Assembly: GCA_027592485.1 (NCBI GenBank)
Contig: JAQCKL010000001.1
Coordinates: 1-32,309 of the forward strand
Direction of reading: 5' to 3'
DNA: 32,309 nt
From: Cyanobacteriota bacterium
GTDB lineage: Bacteria; Cyanobacteriota; Cyanobacteriia; Phormidesmidales; Phormidesmidaceae
A program made the translations under genes and the position numbers. This document shows positions 30,629 to 32,309 of the stretch, piece after piece (within the stretch, counting starts at the first letter, position 1; each line of letters opens with the position of its first letter). The notes beneath the pieces are model-generated. The model had not been told where the DNA came from. It did not search any database and saw only the letters and a list, made by a program, of their open reading frames with translations.

Positions 30629-30709
30629 GACAAGACTGCAAGCCGCTTTGCTGTTGCGCTAAAGATCAGGGCGATCCTAAGGGTCTTAAGCAATGGGGGC
30701 AGCCCTATA
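30605..30709 (+). mobile_element. MITE-like element, copy C (105 bp), overlapping the 3' ends of both flanking genes
   Basis: TATAG...CTATA ends; homologous to 15110-15214 and 29196-29298. Confidence 0.82.
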
Positions 30710-31327
30710 AATCTCCCAAGCCGCTTGAAAAAAGTCGCGCTCACATTCCAAGGCATAGCGATAGGCCATTTGGACCGGTTCACCGTCGCGGCTATAGCGA
30801 TCCACAAAGGTCTCAAGCTGTTGGGCCAAAACCTCAAACCCATCGCCGCTGTAGGTGGCGACCCAATCCCCATACGGATGGGACGGAATTCCCTTTGTGG
30901 CTAGGGACTGACCGATATGGGCATACAGTCGCATACAGGGGGACATGGCCACAGCGGTGATGCCTACCTCCTGGCTCCAAGCGGTGGCCAGCAAAAAGTC
31001 GGTATAGCGGCGGGTGGCGGCACCGGGGTGGACCTGGGCCAAATCCACCCCCCAGGTTTGGGCATAGCGGCCATGGAGCTGTAGCTCTTCTAAAACCCCG
31101 CCCCCCAAGTCATGGAAAGCCCGGAAACCGTCCCAATCGGGAGCCTTGGCCGCAGCAATACTGTAGGCCCTGGCAAAGGCTTCTAAAAAGAAGGCATCCT
31201 GACCCACGTAGTAAGCAAAGTTGGCCTTCGGCAAGGTGCCGTCATAAATCCCTTGAATAAAAGGATGCTCAAGGGAGGCCTGGACCAGATCGAGGTTGGT
31301 TTGCCAAAGCTGTTGGGAAAGGCCCAT
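30686..31327 (-). CDS. tenA: TenA/Thi-4 family thiamine-salvage protein
   Basis: HPF...G.L, YVGQDAFFL, PCMRLY, Y..W..TYS, E.DFF. Confidence 0.88.
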   Translation of the reverse strand: MGLSQQLWQTNLDLVQASLEHPFIQGIYDGTLPKANFAYYVGQDAFFLEAFARAYSIAAAKAPDWDGFRAFHDLGGGVLEELQLHGRYAQTWGVDLAQVHPGAATRRYTDFLLATAWSQEVGITAVAMSPCMRLYAHIGQSLATKGIPSHPYGDWVATYSGDGFEVLAQQLETFVDRYSRDGEPVQMAYRYALECERDFFQAAWEIYRAAPIA

Positions 31328-31356
31328 AGTAGCGGTTTCAAAAAATCAACTGGTGA

Positions 31357-32055
31357 TTATTCTCCCTGATCCCCTGGTGAATCGACGGGTTGCGCCCCTG
31401 GCTTCTCCTCCGACAACCGAGGGGATTGACGCCTGAGCCAGCCGGTAATCAGGGCTAAGCCAAACATGCCCAGCAGGCCAAAGACCAGTAGAATTTTGCC
31501 CCCTTCTAATCCCCCCGCCCCGATCGCCACAATCGGTGGGTCCGAGATCGCAATGCTGAGCACCAGGGCCGGGAAAAACTTCCGCCAGGGGGTTTTGGTG
31601 AGGCCCACTCCGTAGGAGACAAAGTCGAAAAAGCTGGTCATCAAGAAGGCCGTCATCAGGAAAAAATTGTTCTCCAGATGGCGTTTACCGATCGCATTCA
31701 CCCGCCCCATGAAGCGATCGCCCACCAACCGCCGTACGACTTTTTGGCCAAACCGCCGGGCGATCCAAAAGCAAAGGCTACAGGACAACAGGTCAGCGAC
31801 GGCAACCACCGCCAATCCCTGCGGCAAACCAAACAATCCCCCCGCCAGTATGGAGTAAGCCGTGCCGGGTAAGGCTGGAATCAGCACACTGGTAAACCGT
31901 AAAGCCAAAACCCCGAGGGGAGCCCACACCCCCAACTCATCGACCTGGGCTCGAAGCTGGGTCACCCCCACTTTGTGTACGACCCAAGTCACCAGCACAA
32001 TCAGCACCACGGCACTGCTTAAGCGGAGCCACTTCATTAAGGTCTTTTGGGTCAT
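31357..32055 (-). CDS. TVP38/TMEM64 (DedA/VTT) family membrane protein
   Basis: PALPG....LAGGLFG, F.IARRFG, DFVSYG.GLT. Confidence 0.88.
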   Translation of the reverse strand: MTQKTLMKWLRLSSAVVLIVLVTWVVHKVGVTQLRAQVDELGVWAPLGVLALRFTSVLIPALPGTAYSILAGGLFGLPQGLAVVAVADLLSCSLCFWIARRFGQKVVRRLVGDRFMGRVNAIGKRHLENNFFLMTAFLMTSFFDFVSYGVGLTKTPWRKFFPALVLSIAISDPPIVAIGAGGLEGGKILLVFGLLGMFGLALITGWLRRQSPRLSEEKPGAQPVDSPGDQGE

Positions 32056-32101
32056 AGCTGGGAGAAGGGGCAAGGGGGCAGGGGAACGGGGGAGTAATCT
32101 A

Positions 32102-32309
32102 TTACCCCTGGAAGGGCTGTTCGACGATTAACGCCACTTTGCCATAGCGGGGGTCAATTTCAATCGCCAAGATCAGCAATTGCCGCTGGGGTTGGCCCCG
32201 CTGGGCTGGCAGGGTGATCATGGCCGTCTCCCCCGCTGGCAAGGCCAAGCATTGTTCGAACAGGCTGGGCCGAATCAGGTTGGGCAGGAAAATATCATCC
32301 CCCACCCGA
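32102..32309 (-). CDS. C-terminal part of a hypothetical protein (starts beyond the window)
   Basis: Frame open to the window edge; co-oriented with the TVP38 and tenA genes. Confidence 0.6.
   Translation of the reverse strand, partial: RVGDDIFLPNLIRPSLFEQCLALPAGETAMITLPAQRGQPQRQLLILAIEIDPRYGKVALIVEQPFQG

Overview
Core chromosomal segment of a cyanobacterium (many HIP1 GCGATCGC sites; ndhN, ldpA, psb27, ycf65), probably a Leptolyngbya/Nodosilinea-like filamentous strain, which is an inference. It holds the start of the rplC-rplD-rplW-rplB cluster on the minus strand, divergent ndhN-ldpA-ycf45-psb27, then rpmJ-rpsM-rpsK-rpoA-rplQ-truA-rplM-rpsI-rpmE-prfA, sbcD, a TauE exporter, an RsmF-like methyltransferase, rpmF, a molybdopterin oxidoreductase, metH, an AI-2E transporter, ppk1, atpD-atpC, ycf65, a HAD hydrolase, tenA and a TVP38 protein. 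I see no CRISPR array, prophage, rRNA, tRNA or transposase. The main non-routine signals are: (1) a 105-bp TA-flanked MITE-like element in three copies, one of which appears to have inserted into the shared TTAA stop codons of two convergent genes and supplies both new C-termini; (2) a ribosomal superoperon split between infA and rpmJ, consistent with an inversion; (3) an unlisted 47-aa zinc-ribbon ORF behind an NtcA-type promoter; (4) a structured rplC leader with a candidate attenuator; (5) a deletion scar fusing an HNH gene fragment to a convergent gene fragment; (6) nested palindromic repeats and in-frame repeat insertions in metH and ppk1.
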